NCBI GenBank assembly: GCA_965645245.1
Contig: OZ287072.1
Coordinates: 2,604,001 to 2,668,000 of the forward strand
Length of the DNA stretch: 64,000 bases
Direction of reading: 5' to 3'
From: Massalongia carnosa
Taxonomy: Eukaryota
Shown here: positions 36,996 through 48,990 of the stretch, piece by piece
Numbering within the stretch: the first letter of the stretch is position 1
Layout: every line of letters starts with the position of its first letter
Made by a program: the position numbers and the translations under genes
Notes under the pieces: generated by a model
Database searches by the model: none
Seen by the model: only the letters and a program-made list of their open reading frames with translations
What the model was told of the DNA's origin: nothing

Positions 36996-37766
36996 GTGAG
37001 TGAGTGGCTCAGGGTTTCCGAACAGCAAATTCTTTGTGGAAGGGATGTGGGCATTACCCAGAGCTGACCAAATTCCCTAGGGACACAGGATCCTCAAATG
37101 CTTCGGCCTTCTTGATCCTTTGAGCATTGGGGTATCGTATGATGCACTATTGTGGATGAATAGATCACTAGAGACGTGTCATTTCCATTCAGAGGAGAAT
37201 GGTCAATGGCGAGATCAAGTTCTGCGGAGTAGTGAGAGACCTCTCGTAGATGCTACGCTATACTGTTACACAAATCGATGCAACCTCTTACTGCGAAGTA
37301 AGAGCGGAGAAAATATCTTGATTTTGATTATTTATCTCATATATCAATTTTTCGTTTCTTTGACAGCCTACACAGTAGCACACGTAATTCTCGATCTCGA
37401 GATCTCTATATTTATAATGTAACGGGTGGGCAATAGAAGGCCTACTCAAGTGGTGGTGATGATGGTCTTGATGGCTAGCTAATAGCTATGCTAAATAAAC
37501 AAGACGAACACAAAGAAGAAAGCAGCAATTGCTGCAGAGATTTTCTTACAACTCCTTGATCCCTTTACTAACCTTGATGAGGTTAGCTTCCCGCTAAACC
37601 CAATGCGCTACCTCCCGCGACGCTAAATGTCGGGGGTATCGCTTAGCAATCTTAGCAACCTTCTTGTGATTACCTTTCCTAGATTATCCTTATTCGCACC
37701 ATGACAGTAGCTCCCTCCTTCAGGCCTGATTCCACGCAGGCATAATTGCTTCATGGTTGGTGTGAG

Positions 37767-40700
37767 TTATCGGGGCTTTTCTGGATATCGTCGGTGAAAG
37801 TCTGCTACTCTTTCGTTGGCATTGATGACGTACTCTGCGTACTCCCAGGTGGGGTCGTTCCAACCGATCCACTGCACCAGATACTTCAAGCGATTCCGGA
37901 ACTTCTTAGAATCGAGGATATCCTCCACTTCATACTCCTCTTCGCTGTCAACTTCGACTGGTGGAGGAGGAGGTGGAACGTGATCAGGGTGAGGATCTTG
38001 AGGCACGGGCGAGAGAAGAGATACATGAAACACGGGATGAATCTTCATGCCGATGGGGAGATCGAGTCGATACGCATACTTGCTTACCACATTAGATATC
38101 TTGAATGGGCCTAGATTCTTCCAATCGAGCTTTCGAGCGGGTCGTTGTGTACGTATGTTTTTTGTGCTTAGCCATACTGCGTCTCCTACTTGATAAACCG
38201 GTGCTGGCACGCGATTTTCGTTGGCCCCTGCTTCGTATCGTGCTTGCGCGAATCTCATTTCCTCTTGCAGCACGATCGTGATATCTTGCATTTTCTTGGC
38301 GAATTCCCCTGCGTTCAAACTGGCCGGGGACCTAGAGGGTTCCATTGATTCAAATCCCATACGCGGGTGGTATCCCATCTCCGCAAGAAAAGGGCTGCAC
38401 CCAGTCGTTTCGGACACGACATTGTTTCCTGTAAATTCCGCCATGGGCAACCAATTTGCCCAGTCACCCTGAAGATAATCCGTGTAACTGCGAAGGTATT
38501 GTTCCATGGAGGCATTTACTCGCTCCGTCTGCCCATCTGTTTCTGGATGGAAGGCTGTCGACAGAAGACTCTTGATTCCCAACCCTTGACACAGCTTTTT
38601 CCAAAACTCCGCCACGAAAAGCACTCCTCGATCTGATACAATGGTGCTTGGTAGTCCATGGAGTTTCCAGATATCCCGAAGAAAGAGCTCAGCCAATTCT
38701 TGAGCGTTGATTGTAGTGAGACATGAAGAGAAGTGACCTCTTTTCGACAGACGATCGATCACGACCAGTATAGCGTCGAATCCATTGCTTTCCGGCAGTC
38801 CAGTGACAAAGTCCATTGAAATATCTTGCCAGCGACGCTCGGGAATGGGCAGTGGTCTGAGAACTCCCATTTTCCCTTGACGAGATGATTTGCTTCGTGC
38901 GCATACTTGACAGTGCTGTACATACTTCGCTACGAACTGATAAAATCGAGGCCAGTAATAGTGGCGCTGTAAAAGATCAAAGGTCTTAGCTCGGCCGGGG
39001 TGACCTGCCACTGGACTATCATGAACAGACTCGCAGAGCCTCATTTTCAAAGCATGAGAGTCGGGAACGAACATTTTCTCTCGATAGTGTAATCGACCGT
39101 CGATTTCGGTGCATTCCGCTAACGAGATATCCTTGGAGTGCCTTGCTCCTGACCGCAACAGGTTCAGTATCTTGACAGGGAAAGGATCATTTTTCAGAGC
39201 CTCCTGCAATAGTTCTTCCAATGTCTTGACTTCCTCTTGATCTGAACCTGATTCAATATCGTTCTCTTCCGAAGATTCCTTTGCTAACCCGTTCGCTAGA
39301 AGTTCAAGATTTCGAGGTTTCAAGACCGTTTGATGTTGGATCTTCACTCGTGGATCATCCCCCCCCTCAAGTAGGTCTTGAGACCTTCTGGTAAGGGCAT
39401 CGGGCTTTCCGCCACTCTTCCCTGGGCGGTACACAATCTGAAAATCAAAACGAGAAAGATATTTGGACCAGCGTGCTTGCCTTCTACTCAATTGCTTCGT
39501 TGTCATGAAATATTCCAGATTCTTATGATCGGAAATTACTTGTATTGGAAATGCGGCTCCTTCGAGTTCAGCTCTCCATTCCTCAAAGGCACGAACGATA
39601 GCCATAAGCTCTTTATCATAAATCTCATAATTTACTTCCGCTGGTGAGTGTTTCTTTGAGAAGAATGCCACAGGTCTTAGAATTCCTTCGTCGTCATGTT
39701 GCGAGAGCACTCCCCCCACTACCCAATCCGAGGCGTCAACTTCTACAACGATCTTTTTCTCAGGATCAAAATGCATCAGAACAAGGTCGCTCATGAACGC
39801 GTCCTTTAATCTTTGAAATGCGGTCTCGCATTCCTGATTCCAAGAAAAGATCACACTCTTTCGAGTCAGCTTTATCAGGGGTGCGGCAATGGCGGAGAAG
39901 TTTTTGACGAAACGGCGATAGAAGTTCGCGAATCCTACAAAGGCTTGAATATCTTTAACATTCTTGGGCGTGATCCAGTCCTTGATGGTTTGAACTTTGC
40001 GAGGATCCATTCTTATTCCTTTATTGGAGATAATCAATCCCAAATATGTTGTCTCGGTGACGAAGAACTCGCATTTCTCAATGTCCAGTTGCAACCCCGC
40101 TTCTCGTAGAGCTGTTAAAACTTTTCTTACGTGGATACTGTGTTCTTTTCTCGATTTACTGTAAATCAAGATGTCATCGATGTACGCGGTGCAAAAGGCG
40201 TCTAGATATTCGCGGAGTACATCGTTAATGTAATGCTGAAAGGATCCAGGACCTCCAGACAATCCGAAAGGAAGAACATCATACTCGAAAAGCCCATATC
40301 TTGTTTTGAAGGCCGTCATCCATTCCTGTCCCTTCTGCATGCGCAGCTTATTGAAAGCCGCTACAATATCAAATTTCGAGAATATAACGGCTTTTGCGAG
40401 CCTATCGAGGGTCTCCTGAATCAGGGGTATTGGGTAGCGATTCTTTACGGTGATCGCGTTCAGGGCTCTGTAATCGACACAGAATCGCAGTCCGCCTGAA
40501 GGCTTTCGTGCGAACAATACCGGCGAGGAACAAGGAGAGGAACTGGCTCGAATGAATCCCTTGGCTAAGTTTTCCTTGAGATATTTCTGCAAAACTAAAA
40601 GCTCGGGAGCTGACATCTTGTATAGAGGACCCGAAGAAGGAACTGCGCCCTCCATCAACACGATCTTGTGATCGTATGAACGATGCGGAGGCAGTTTATC

Positions 40701-41858
40701 GGCCTCTTGTTTGGAGAACACGTCCAGGAGATCATGAAATTCCTCGGGTACTACGGTAGCAGGATCGATGAATCTCTTAGGTTTCAAGGATTTGGCCACA
40801 TCATCCAGAGATGCGGCTGCAAGGCTGAGGTTGCTCGGGTTTTTCAAGGCTTGTATGGCTTTTTCGATCTCGTACAAGGACGCAATGAAGATTTCGTTCT
40901 TTCGATCCTTCATCAGGGTGGAAAATGGCGCGGCTCCTATCATACAGATTTTCATGGGCAAGGCGCTGGACTTCTTAAGTTCTGGGACGAGACTCGGAGG
41001 CTGAGAGTGTTCAGTGTACTTGGTGATTTTCGGGGGTTCAAGACGTGAACTCGGGACTCGGATCATGGGCTCGGGATGTTCAATAAACTCGATATGTTCA
41101 ATAAACTCGGTGGGTTTCAAGAATTCAGGATTCGCGTGAGAGACCATGTTCTCACGGATTTCAAGAGGGTCAAGACGCACTGAGGAAGCAGACTCCGGGG
41201 GAGGAGACTCTTCGGAAAGATCAGAAAGGCCAGGAATAACAAGAGGGACGTGTTTATTCTCTAAACACTCCAGACGACAATACGAGGACGAGAAGGTCAA
41301 AGTATTTCGAGACCAGCTGACGAAAGGGTCGTGAATTTGAAGCCATTTGACTCCCAGGACTACCGGATAGTGACCCAACTGGGTCACAAGGAATGAGCCG
41401 TGCTCGTGATGCCCGTTGACGTTCATCTTCAACTTGGCCAGGTGTGTGAGCATACCAGCCGCGGCTGGTCGGCCGTCCACAACTTCGAGAACGCGAGGGC
41501 GGACAAGGGGGGTGAGAGGCAGGGAATTTCTTTGCGCGAAGGACGAATCAATGAATGCATAGCCAGAAGCGCCGCAATCTATTAATGCATGTGTGTGTAA
41601 AACGCGATTTTCTACAGAGAGTTCTATGGATACGACGAAATGTCTACCATCTAACGAGTCTTCTGATATGGAAAAAGCCGAAATTGACACAGGAAATCCT
41701 TCCGTCGGTCTTCGAGAGCGACTTAGCTCGAAGACACAGCGTTTTCCGTCGACTCCGCAAGGGTAGACTCGTTGAGTCGTGACGGCTTGGGTTTCTTCCC
41801 TCGTGCCAGTTTGGGACAGTTGGCCGCAAAGTGCCCGGACTCCCCGCAGTAACGGCAC
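37767..41858 (-). CDS. pol: Gypsy Pol (protease, RT, RNase H, integrase, chromodomain), overlapping the end of gag and probably expressed by frameshift
   Basis: [47 protein letters not shown], and C-terminal EYEVEDILD..YLVQWIGW..PTWE chromodomain. Confidence 0.95.
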   Translation of the reverse strand: MPLLRGVRALCGQLSQTGTREETQAVTTQRVYPCGVDGKRCVFELSRSRRPTEGFPVSISAFSISEDSLDGRHFVVSIELSVENRVLHTHALIDCGASGYAFIDSSFAQRNSLPLTPLVRPRVLEVVDGRPAAAGMLTHLAKLKMNVNGHHEHGSFLVTQLGHYPVVLGVKWLQIHDPFVSWSRNTLTFSSSYCRLECLENKHVPLVIPGLSDLSEESPPPESASSVRLDPLEIRENMVSHANPEFLKPTEFIEHIEFIEHPEPMIRVPSSRLEPPKITKYTEHSQPPSLVPELKKSSALPMKICMIGAAPFSTLMKDRKNEIFIASLYEIEKAIQALKNPSNLSLAAASLDDVAKSLKPKRFIDPATVVPEEFHDLLDVFSKQEADKLPPHRSYDHKIVLMEGAVPSSGPLYKMSAPELLVLQKYLKENLAKGFIRASSSPCSSPVLFARKPSGGLRFCVDYRALNAITVKNRYPIPLIQETLDRLAKAVIFSKFDIVAAFNKLRMQKGQEWMTAFKTRYGLFEYDVLPFGLSGGPGSFQHYINDVLREYLDAFCTAYIDDILIYSKSRKEHSIHVRKVLTALREAGLQLDIEKCEFFVTETTYLGLIISNKGIRMDPRKVQTIKDWITPKNVKDIQAFVGFANFYRRFVKNFSAIAAPLIKLTRKSVIFSWNQECETAFQRLKDAFMSDLVLMHFDPEKKIVVEVDASDWVVGGVLSQHDDEGILRPVAFFSKKHSPAEVNYEIYDKELMAIVRAFEEWRAELEGAAFPIQVISDHKNLEYFMTTKQLSRRQARWSKYLSRFDFQIVYRPGKSGGKPDALTRRSQDLLEGGDDPRVKIQHQTVLKPRNLELLANGLAKESSEENDIESGSDQEEVKTLEELLQEALKNDPFPVKILNLLRSGARHSKDISLAECTEIDGRLHYREKMFVPDSHALKMRLCESVHDSPVAGHPGRAKTFDLLQRHYYWPRFYQFVAKYVQHCQVCARSKSSRQGKMGVLRPLPIPERRWQDISMDFVTGLPESNGFDAILVVIDRLSKRGHFSSCLTTINAQELAELFLRDIWKLHGLPSTIVSDRGVLFVAEFWKKLCQGLGIKSLLSTAFHPETDGQTERVNASMEQYLRSYTDYLQGDWANWLPMAEFTGNNVVSETTGCSPFLAEMGYHPRMGFESMEPSRSPASLNAGEFAKKMQDITIVLQEEMRFAQARYEAGANENRVPAPVYQVGDAVWLSTKNIRTQRPARKLDWKNLGPFKISNVVSKYAYRLDLPIGMKIHPVFHVSLLSPVPQDPHPDHVPPPPPPVEVDSEEEYEVEDILDSKKFRNRLKYLVQWIGWNDPTWEYAEYVINANERVADFHRRYPEKPR

Positions 41859-42952
41859 AGCCCCTCGTTCATACGACGAGTTACTTCCGCCGAGGATAAC
41901 TTGCCTCGAGAGAAGGCGGAGAGGTCCATGGCGTCTGGAGGCGAGGCGGGAGCGGCAGCGGCGGGGGAGAAGGTTCGGGGTAGGGCAACCCCCCCAGACG
42001 GAGGGTTACGAAGTGTGGTCCCCGCATCAGAAGAAGATGGGGCGGACCGGGGCGAGTAGGCCTTCCGGAGCAGGGCATTGACATTGCGCTGGCGAGTATC
42101 TAGCCGTTGCAGTAACGAGATCAGCTCGTTGAGGTCCTCCGGGATCAGCTGCGTTACCATTAGCTGTTGAAATTCTTCGCTGATACCTTGTTGCAGGGCA
42201 GCGCGTTGAGCTTCCTCATCAAAATTGGTGTCCGGGGCGATGCGTTGGAAATCTGCTAAGTACACATGGAACTCTCGATTTGCCTGACGAAGGGCACGCA
42301 GCTCACGCTGCGCGGTGGCCTTTCGGTCAGGGTCCCCGAATGCACGTTCCAACAGCACCAGGAGGGACGGTACATCCGGCAGAGAGATTTCGTGCTGTGA
42401 CTTGACATACGGTTGTACCTGGGAGAGCGCACGCCCCTCCAATCGGCTGATAGCATAGATGAGTCCTGATTTTTCTCCGGTGAAGCGGTCTTTATTGACG
42501 AAAAGTTTCAAGTGCAGTTGGGTTGTCCAGGAACGTAAATCCTCCTTCTTTCCCGAGAACTTGGGAATATCCGGGAGTCTCTCCGATCGGGAGTCTGCGT
42601 GGCTGATGGGGGATGGGTGTCCGCGAAGGCTGATGATCAAGGCTCGAGCCGCGATCAGCTCGTCATTGGAGTCACGCAGCTGACGGCGGATTTGATCACG
42701 CTCCGATTCTAAAGACTCGCACTGACTCGTTTTTATGTCCAGGGAGCTCGAGAGGGACGTGATCTGATTGGCAGCTTGAATAGAAAAATTGTACCACTCG
42801 TGGGGAAATTTCTGGATCGAGTGGCTCCAAGCATCAGGCGTGATGACGTGAGGAGCAAGAGAGGCTTCGTTTTTGAAGTCCGGGGGGGGAAGATCGAAGG
42901 TCTAGCCTTCGGAGAGAGAGGTAGATGCCTCGGCGGAGAAGCTGGAGGCCAT
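41723..42952 (-). CDS. gag: Gypsy Gag (410 codons) with an in-frame TAG at codon 17 (42902-42904)
   Basis: Frame is open from ATG 42952 (MASSFSAE..) except for that TAG; knuckle CRYCGESGHFAANC. The ORF track shows only 41723-42640. Confidence 0.85.
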
Positions 42953-44470
42953 CCTTTTCGGGAGAAGGACCTGGGGACGAAGGACCACTTGAGGTATGGG
43001 GGAGGTGTTCGTAATGTAACGGGTGGGCAATAGAAGGCCTACACAAGTGGTGGTGATGATGGTCTTGATGGCTAGCTAATAGCTATGCTAAATAAACAAG
43101 ACGAACACAAAGAAGAAAGCAGCAATTGCTGCAGAGATTTTCTTACAACTCCTTGATCCCTTTACTAACCTTGATGAGGTTAGCTTCCCGCTAAACCCAA
43201 TGCGCTACCTCCCGCGACGCTAAATGTCGGGGGTATCGCTTAGCAATCTTAGCAACCTTCTTGTGATTACCTTTCCTAGATTATCCTTATTCGCACCATG
43301 ACATATAATATCATTCGGCCTATTGCTCATGTGTTATGCTCATTATGCTTAAATACAAATCATAATAGCGACCTGTCCTGTGGTCCCATGTTTGACATTG
43401 TTCTAGATGTCACTGAATATTTTAGCTAATTGCGCAGAAATAAATGGGCATATCGGCATATGGTCTACATTGGACTGCGGTTAATTTGTGTTACATCGAC
43501 GCCCGGAGTTATTGCTTTCCTGTTTATTCTTGTTGACGTCTTGCTTCCCCCTTCGTTGCTAGCATCTAGATATATTGGGAAACCATTTACAAGGTTTTCT
43601 TTCTTGCGCCGTCATATTTTCACCATAGTCTCAACACTCAAGATCTCTCGCGATAATAAAGCGAATCCTGGCGATTTACGGCAGAAAGTTTGTTGATTTC
43701 AAGAATACGTTTTTCTGATATCAACCAGAAAGGTCTAAAATATAATCTTTGTAGCACGTCGACCTAGATAGAAATCTAATAGGGACTATGTACGAAAACT
43801 AGTAAGATGAAGAAAGAAAGCTATGTACAGATCGCCGGTCAATAAACTCTCATACCCGTGCTAAGCCTGATGCAGGTTTTCATCACCGTCGTTAAACTGC
43901 TCATACCACGCGTGTTAATAATGTCGCTACAAGCAGTGCTAAATCCGTTTTCGGTTAGATAAGGTGAATAGCACTACGTCATGTGTTGCCTGAGGTTAGA
44001 GCATTGTAATCCGTGACAATCTTCTGAATCAATCCTCATCATCATCAATCATGGATTCTTTTTATTTAATTGATTATTCGTCTCCAACTAATATCAATGA
44101 CATGCTACGATTATGGGAGGAACTGGGACAGTATTTGATCATACAAGAAGAATAAGCTCCGTCTTTGGTCAATAATTCAAGCAGGTCTTTGCTTTTTTTT
44201 TGACAACCCTTCCTGACTGAGGTAACACTAACATGATACAGTCGACTGCAAAAGGTTGGTCGCGACCCTGAATTTGGGACCACACATCAAATATTTACGC
44301 GAAAATGGCAAAATACCGGCAAAAATCTGAAAACTACCCTTACCGCCTACATGCCAATGAAGTCGTACTACTGGTCAGTTTTGAAGCGATTTGTAGATTA
44401 GTATATGTAGATGCCATTCCCCATATTTTTTCCCTCCCCCCTCTGCCATTCCCCATTTTTTATCTCAGAT

Positions 44471-46636
44471 ATGAAACTTCGTGAACCGAGAGCAAAAAGA
44501 TCAAATTCCGGCCCCCCCCCCGGCTGGAAAAGAGCCTTTCAAAGGTAAGAGAATCAAACTGACTTTGGGAGGGCCGAGAGCCAGAGCCATTTTCGCCGCC
44601 GGCATCGATGAAGCCTCGCCGGAATCAACGTCGGCCCCTCCCAAGCCAAAGCCTCCCCTCAAGTCAAAGCCCCCCTTCAAGCCAAAGGCCCCCCTCAAGC
44701 CAAAGGCCCCTCCCAAGCCAAAGGTCCCTCCCAAGCCAAAGGCCCCTCCCAAGTCAAAGGTCCAGCCTCAGCAGTCAAAGACTTTCGAATCGAATTATTA
44801 TAGTCCCCTTGTCATTACGGAGGATTCCTCCGACGACTGGACGGATGAAGACGAGAAGCAGAGGTGGCAGGGTCAGTGGAGAAAGGAGAACGCGATGAAA
44901 GCTGTAGATGCCGAAGATGATGCCGAAGATGATTCCGAAGATGATGCCGAAGATGATGTCGAAGATCTCAATGTGCCTAGTAACTCGATTGTCAGTAAGA
45001 AGTCTAGAAAACCAAGAAGAAAGGAACCCTCCCGTTTATCCCCTTCGCCACTGCCTCCGACGGTAATCAAATATCTACTAAATGTGAAGATGTCGTATGA
45101 GAAGCACGTCGTTTTCGAGACGGTGATTTCATACGAAGTCAATTCAACTACGTCGAAAAGATTCTTTTTGAGAAGCTACACCGGGGACATGAGTTTGAAA
45201 GCCGAGACGTATGCGAATTCCAAAATGTATGCTTGTTATTTGGTCGATATCAAAGCGACCGTGTTATGGAATGGAATCAAACCGCATGAAAAATCAGCTC
45301 TCATGTTAATCGAATCCTGGCAGCCCATTGAGGAGGTTCTAATTCATTTAGAAGACAGCAGCATTCGAAAGAAAAGCTTCCGGTTGATCTTATTTTCAAC
45401 TTCAGTCGTACCAAAGATGGCGTCATTCCTCCCGATGATCCTATTGCTGCTGCCACAGCTGTCGCCACCAAGAAATTGGGAACCGCGACCATGAAGCTGC
45501 AAAAAGAGATGGAGGAACGAGCCATGTTGCAAGGCATGACGGCCGAAAGAATGTCCGAATTGCAAAGTCTGCATCTCTGTGAAAAACGCCCATGTAGGAA
45601 TTTCGGACAGTACTGTTGGAATGATGAGACGAAGAATCAGCATTATCCTCTCAACAGTGCTCATTTCGTGACCTGGAATAAAGCACTAGATGATGGAATT
45701 TCAGGCGTTGATTCTCGAACATCTCTACCGAAGATCAGAGAGAATTTATTCTCCCTGAATAAAGGTAAGAAAAAGACTGAATCATCATCTCCAAAACAGG
45801 AAATCTCGTCTCAGGAAATGCCCTTTGGAGGTGGGCATTCCATTTTTCAACATCCCATGTATCAACACCACTCGTACCAAATCCCCCACTCGACATTTCC
45901 CCCCTCGTCATTGGCATTTCCCTCGACATTTCCCTCGGCATTCCCCTCGGCATTTCCTCACTCGGCATTTTCCCCCTCGGCATTTTATCCTTCTCAGTAT
46001 GCTCCTTCTACATTACCTGACTCGAGACGAGCCCGTGAGGAAACGCCGTTGGATTGGAGAGATTCGAGATCATCCAGAAGCAGTCGAAGCGTGAGTCGAT
46101 TTCTCCCTCTCCCCTCCGTCGCCCGCAGCAGTCCAGTGGAAGAAGATCTGGAAGACTATGTCAGTTGGCTCGTTCAAATGAAGCCTCATTTGAAAGGAGT
46201 GCTCACCAACACCTGCGATCGATTGATGGAAGGTGGGTACGATCTGATGACCGTTCAATCCTTGAAAGGCATCGAGCATCAGACGTTCTGGCAGGAGCTA
46301 GGAATTCGTCCGGGAATCGGGATTCAACTGGCGCGAGACGTCAGTAAATTTGGAAGAGAAATGTCTCGGCAAATGCCTTTGCAAATGTCTCGACAAATGT
46401 CTCGACAGATATCTCAGCAAATGCCCCCGCCTCCCCCTCGGCGTCAACGCCATTTACCGACATCGCAAATGGCCACTCAGGCGGTCACTCAGGCGGTCAC
46501 TCGGGTGGATAAGGGGATGGAGGATGGGGAGGTGGACGGGGGCGGGGAGGTAGGATCTGGAGTGAGAGATACAATTGAGGAAGATGAGACGCATAGTCTA
46601 GAATATGATTATGCCGAAGATGAAGATGAGGATTAG
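44471..46636 (+). CDS. Transposon-borne accessory protein: PK repeats, acidic tract, Cx4Cx6Cx8H motif, C-terminal SAM-like helical domain; one frameshift near 45370
   Basis: ATG 44471; a 40-nt GTAAGA..CTGAC..CAG intron (44545-44584) puts it in frame with ORF 44481-45494. A shift in the A-run near 45370 joins ORF 45476-46636 (CEKRPCRNFGQYCWNDETKNQHY; WQELGIRPGIGIQL). Confidence 0.7.
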
Positions 46637-46651
46637 ATACTATGTATCTAA

Positions 46652-47207
46652 TCAGATTGAAATGGTTGGATACTGAATGCCAGCCAATCTAAATAAATTT
46701 CCCGGGTCTCCCATTCTCAGATCTTTGACTGCATCCCGAAGAAATTGTCCGAATCCCCCATACTCCTCCGTGTACGAAAGACTCATTTCTCCATTCCGTC
46801 GAATCCATGCCTTTAGCAATGCAAACGACGTTTCAATTGGATTGAAATCTGGAGAATAAGGAGGTAGTCGTGCCAAGGTGACGTTGGCTGTCTCGCACAT
46901 CTGAATAAGCTCCTGATTCCAATGAATGCTGGCATTATCTAGTACTAAAACAGATCTAGGACCTCCATTGGCAGTCGTCTGAGGGAGAACATGATTTCGA
47001 ACGAAGTAATTGACTGATTTTACGAGGGCGATGTCCAATTGATAATTGAGGTAGAACCACATCTGCAAAATGAGTCCAATTACGTCTCATTCGTTGAATC
47101 TGTCTGATGCCAACAGCAGTGACAGATGCAATTGTCTTAGTGTTGTCACCTCGTACAAAACGAAGCGTGATTGTCTCACGAAGGGTCTCACTGAGAGGGG
47201 GAGGCAT
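46652..47207 (-). pseudogene. Internally deleted DD34E transposase
   Basis: N-terminal HTH-like part (MPPPLSETLRE..GHRPRKIS) is fused out of frame to VLVLDNASIH..LPPYSPDFNPIE; first catalytic D region missing. Confidence 0.85.
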
Positions 47208-48749
47208 TTTAGGAAAATGGCAGAGGAGAGAGGGAAAAAAGACGGGGAATGGCATCTACATATACTAATCTACAAGTCGCTTCAATACTGACCAGTAGTA
47301 CGACTTCATTGGCATGTAGGCGGTGAGGGTAGTTTTTCGGATTTTTGCCGGCATTTTGCCATTTTCGCGTAAATATTTGATGTGTGGTCCCAAATTCAGG
47401 GTCGCGACCAACCTTTTGCAGTCGACTGTAGGGCGATCAAAAACGAAATCGTTATTATTGAGAATAGAATGGCCCTGCGAATCATGGGTAATCCCATATT
47501 TGCGTAGGAGGCACGTTTTGCAAAGCGCTTGAATCTTGTAACGAATGAGATTGCGCTTTTCGTGATCGAGGCTCGATGTAGTGGCAATTTATATCATCAA
47601 AAAATGATTCGTTATGCTTACCCATAATAGGGCAGGAAATAATGGGGAGGCCAATTCCGCAAATGCCAATTTTGCCTAGTGTCCATCAACAAAAAGCCGG
47701 CATGTTGAAACAGTTCTCCCTTGTATGGGAAGTGGCAGTAGGACAATAGGCCCATGCAGACACAAAATGGGCCAATTTAATCGCTCCTGAACAAGGCCGC
47801 GTTTTCGAGCCAGATTATTCGAATGGCGTGAAGCGACCTTTCCACCGCATCGACGCGCGGTACTGGATCAGCTATGCACGCCTCGACAATTGGAAGAGAT
47901 TTGGGTGCGTCAGAATCCATGGGATGATCAGATATAGATGTGGGAGGAGGATATAGATCATGAGGCGAACGGATCGGACGAATAGGAAAAGGTGGGGAAT
48001 GGAGAGGTTAGAGAGAAAGGAGGCGAGCAGTATGTGAGGGAGGGGTGGAGGGTTTGGTGAGGTTATTGAGGCTAGCGGGGATGGATCGATCTAATGCTTG
48101 AGAACTAGTTATGAAGCTTTTGAAGATTCTGTGCCACTCTGCAGTGCCATTTTTTATCGGCTTGCATTGATCTCATCCGCTCACAGCACTACGTCTAAGA
48201 TGTCTTTCCCGTTCAGGAGTCTCGTGACCCATAATCGGAGCCTATAAAAGCAGCAGAAAAGCATTAGAAAAAGTGGGGGCGAGAATGATAATGAGTAGCG
48301 TCAGCGTGCCCACTCCTGGTGACAGGTCAGGGGAGGTGTCTATCACTAGGTAATTGCCAAGCTTCGATTATTATCTAGGAATAATGAAACCTTTAGGTTA
48401 AAAGGAAAAGACGGTATAAATCTAGAGGATGTGATACATAATAATAACCTAGAAATTCCATCAAGAGGCGCATGTTTCAATTCATTTTTTTCCCACGACA
48501 TAGCTTCTTGTCGGCTTTTTGCTTCAGCGTTCTGTCGAAGGATACAGCTAACCAGTGCTTGCTTGAGTAGTTCCTGATTATGCCGCTTCTTAGCACGATC
48601 TGGTTGTGCTTGTCGCTTCGCTCGCTCGACTTTGCATGTCATCATTTCATTTGAGTTACGGACCTAAGCACAGCTCGGAAGGTTAACATGTTTAACTCGG
48701 ATAAAATTTCAACCGAAAATCGATTTGAGAAAACCATTGATAATGCTTG

Positions 48750-48990
48750 CAGTCGGCCTCCTTCCACCGTCCTTGATTCGTGTATGCCAATGCCAGGTTG
48801 ACTATACTGATTAGTGTGTCTAGATGCTCCTCTTCCAGTATCCCCGAGCCCGTCTTCATCACTTGTATCTCTAGCTCCTCGGCCTCCTTTCACCGTCCCT
48901 GATTTCAGTAGGTCAATGCCAGTTTGGCCATGCTGCTCAGCGCGGAAGGATGCTCGGGCCTCAATATCCTCTTTCTTGTCTCTGCCGCTT
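48750..48990 (-). pseudogene. Relic of NLR-type TPR repeats
   Basis: Translates as ETRKRILRPEHPSALSSMAKLALTY*NQGR*KEAEELEIQVMK..EEHLDTLISIVNLALAYTNQGRWKEA (not in ORF track). Confidence 0.75.

Larger units (their letters stand above)
37418..43303 (-). mobile_element. Full-length Ty3/Gypsy chromovirus
   Basis: 289-bp LTRs 37418-37706 and 43015-43303 (one mismatch seen), TSD TATAA, PPT GAAGGAGGGAG beside the 3' LTR. Confidence 0.95.
44239..47428. mobile_element. Tc1/IS630-type element, 3190 bp, with about 210-bp TIRs and two convergent genes
   Basis: TA flanks (44237-38, 47429-30); TIR CAGTCGACTGCAAAAGGTTGGTCGCGACCCTG.. matches to about 44450 / 47215 with few mismatches. Confidence 0.93.

Noticed and set aside
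44471..46636. Fanzor/TnpB identity for the Tc1 passenger gene
   Set aside because: No recognisable RuvC D-E-D motifs or paired CxxC zinc ribbon near the C-terminus.
47430..47925. Minus-strand gene apparently interrupted by the long-TIR Tc1
   Set aside because: Some open stretches and a GTAAGC donor, but internal stops and no recognisable domain; not supportable as a feature.
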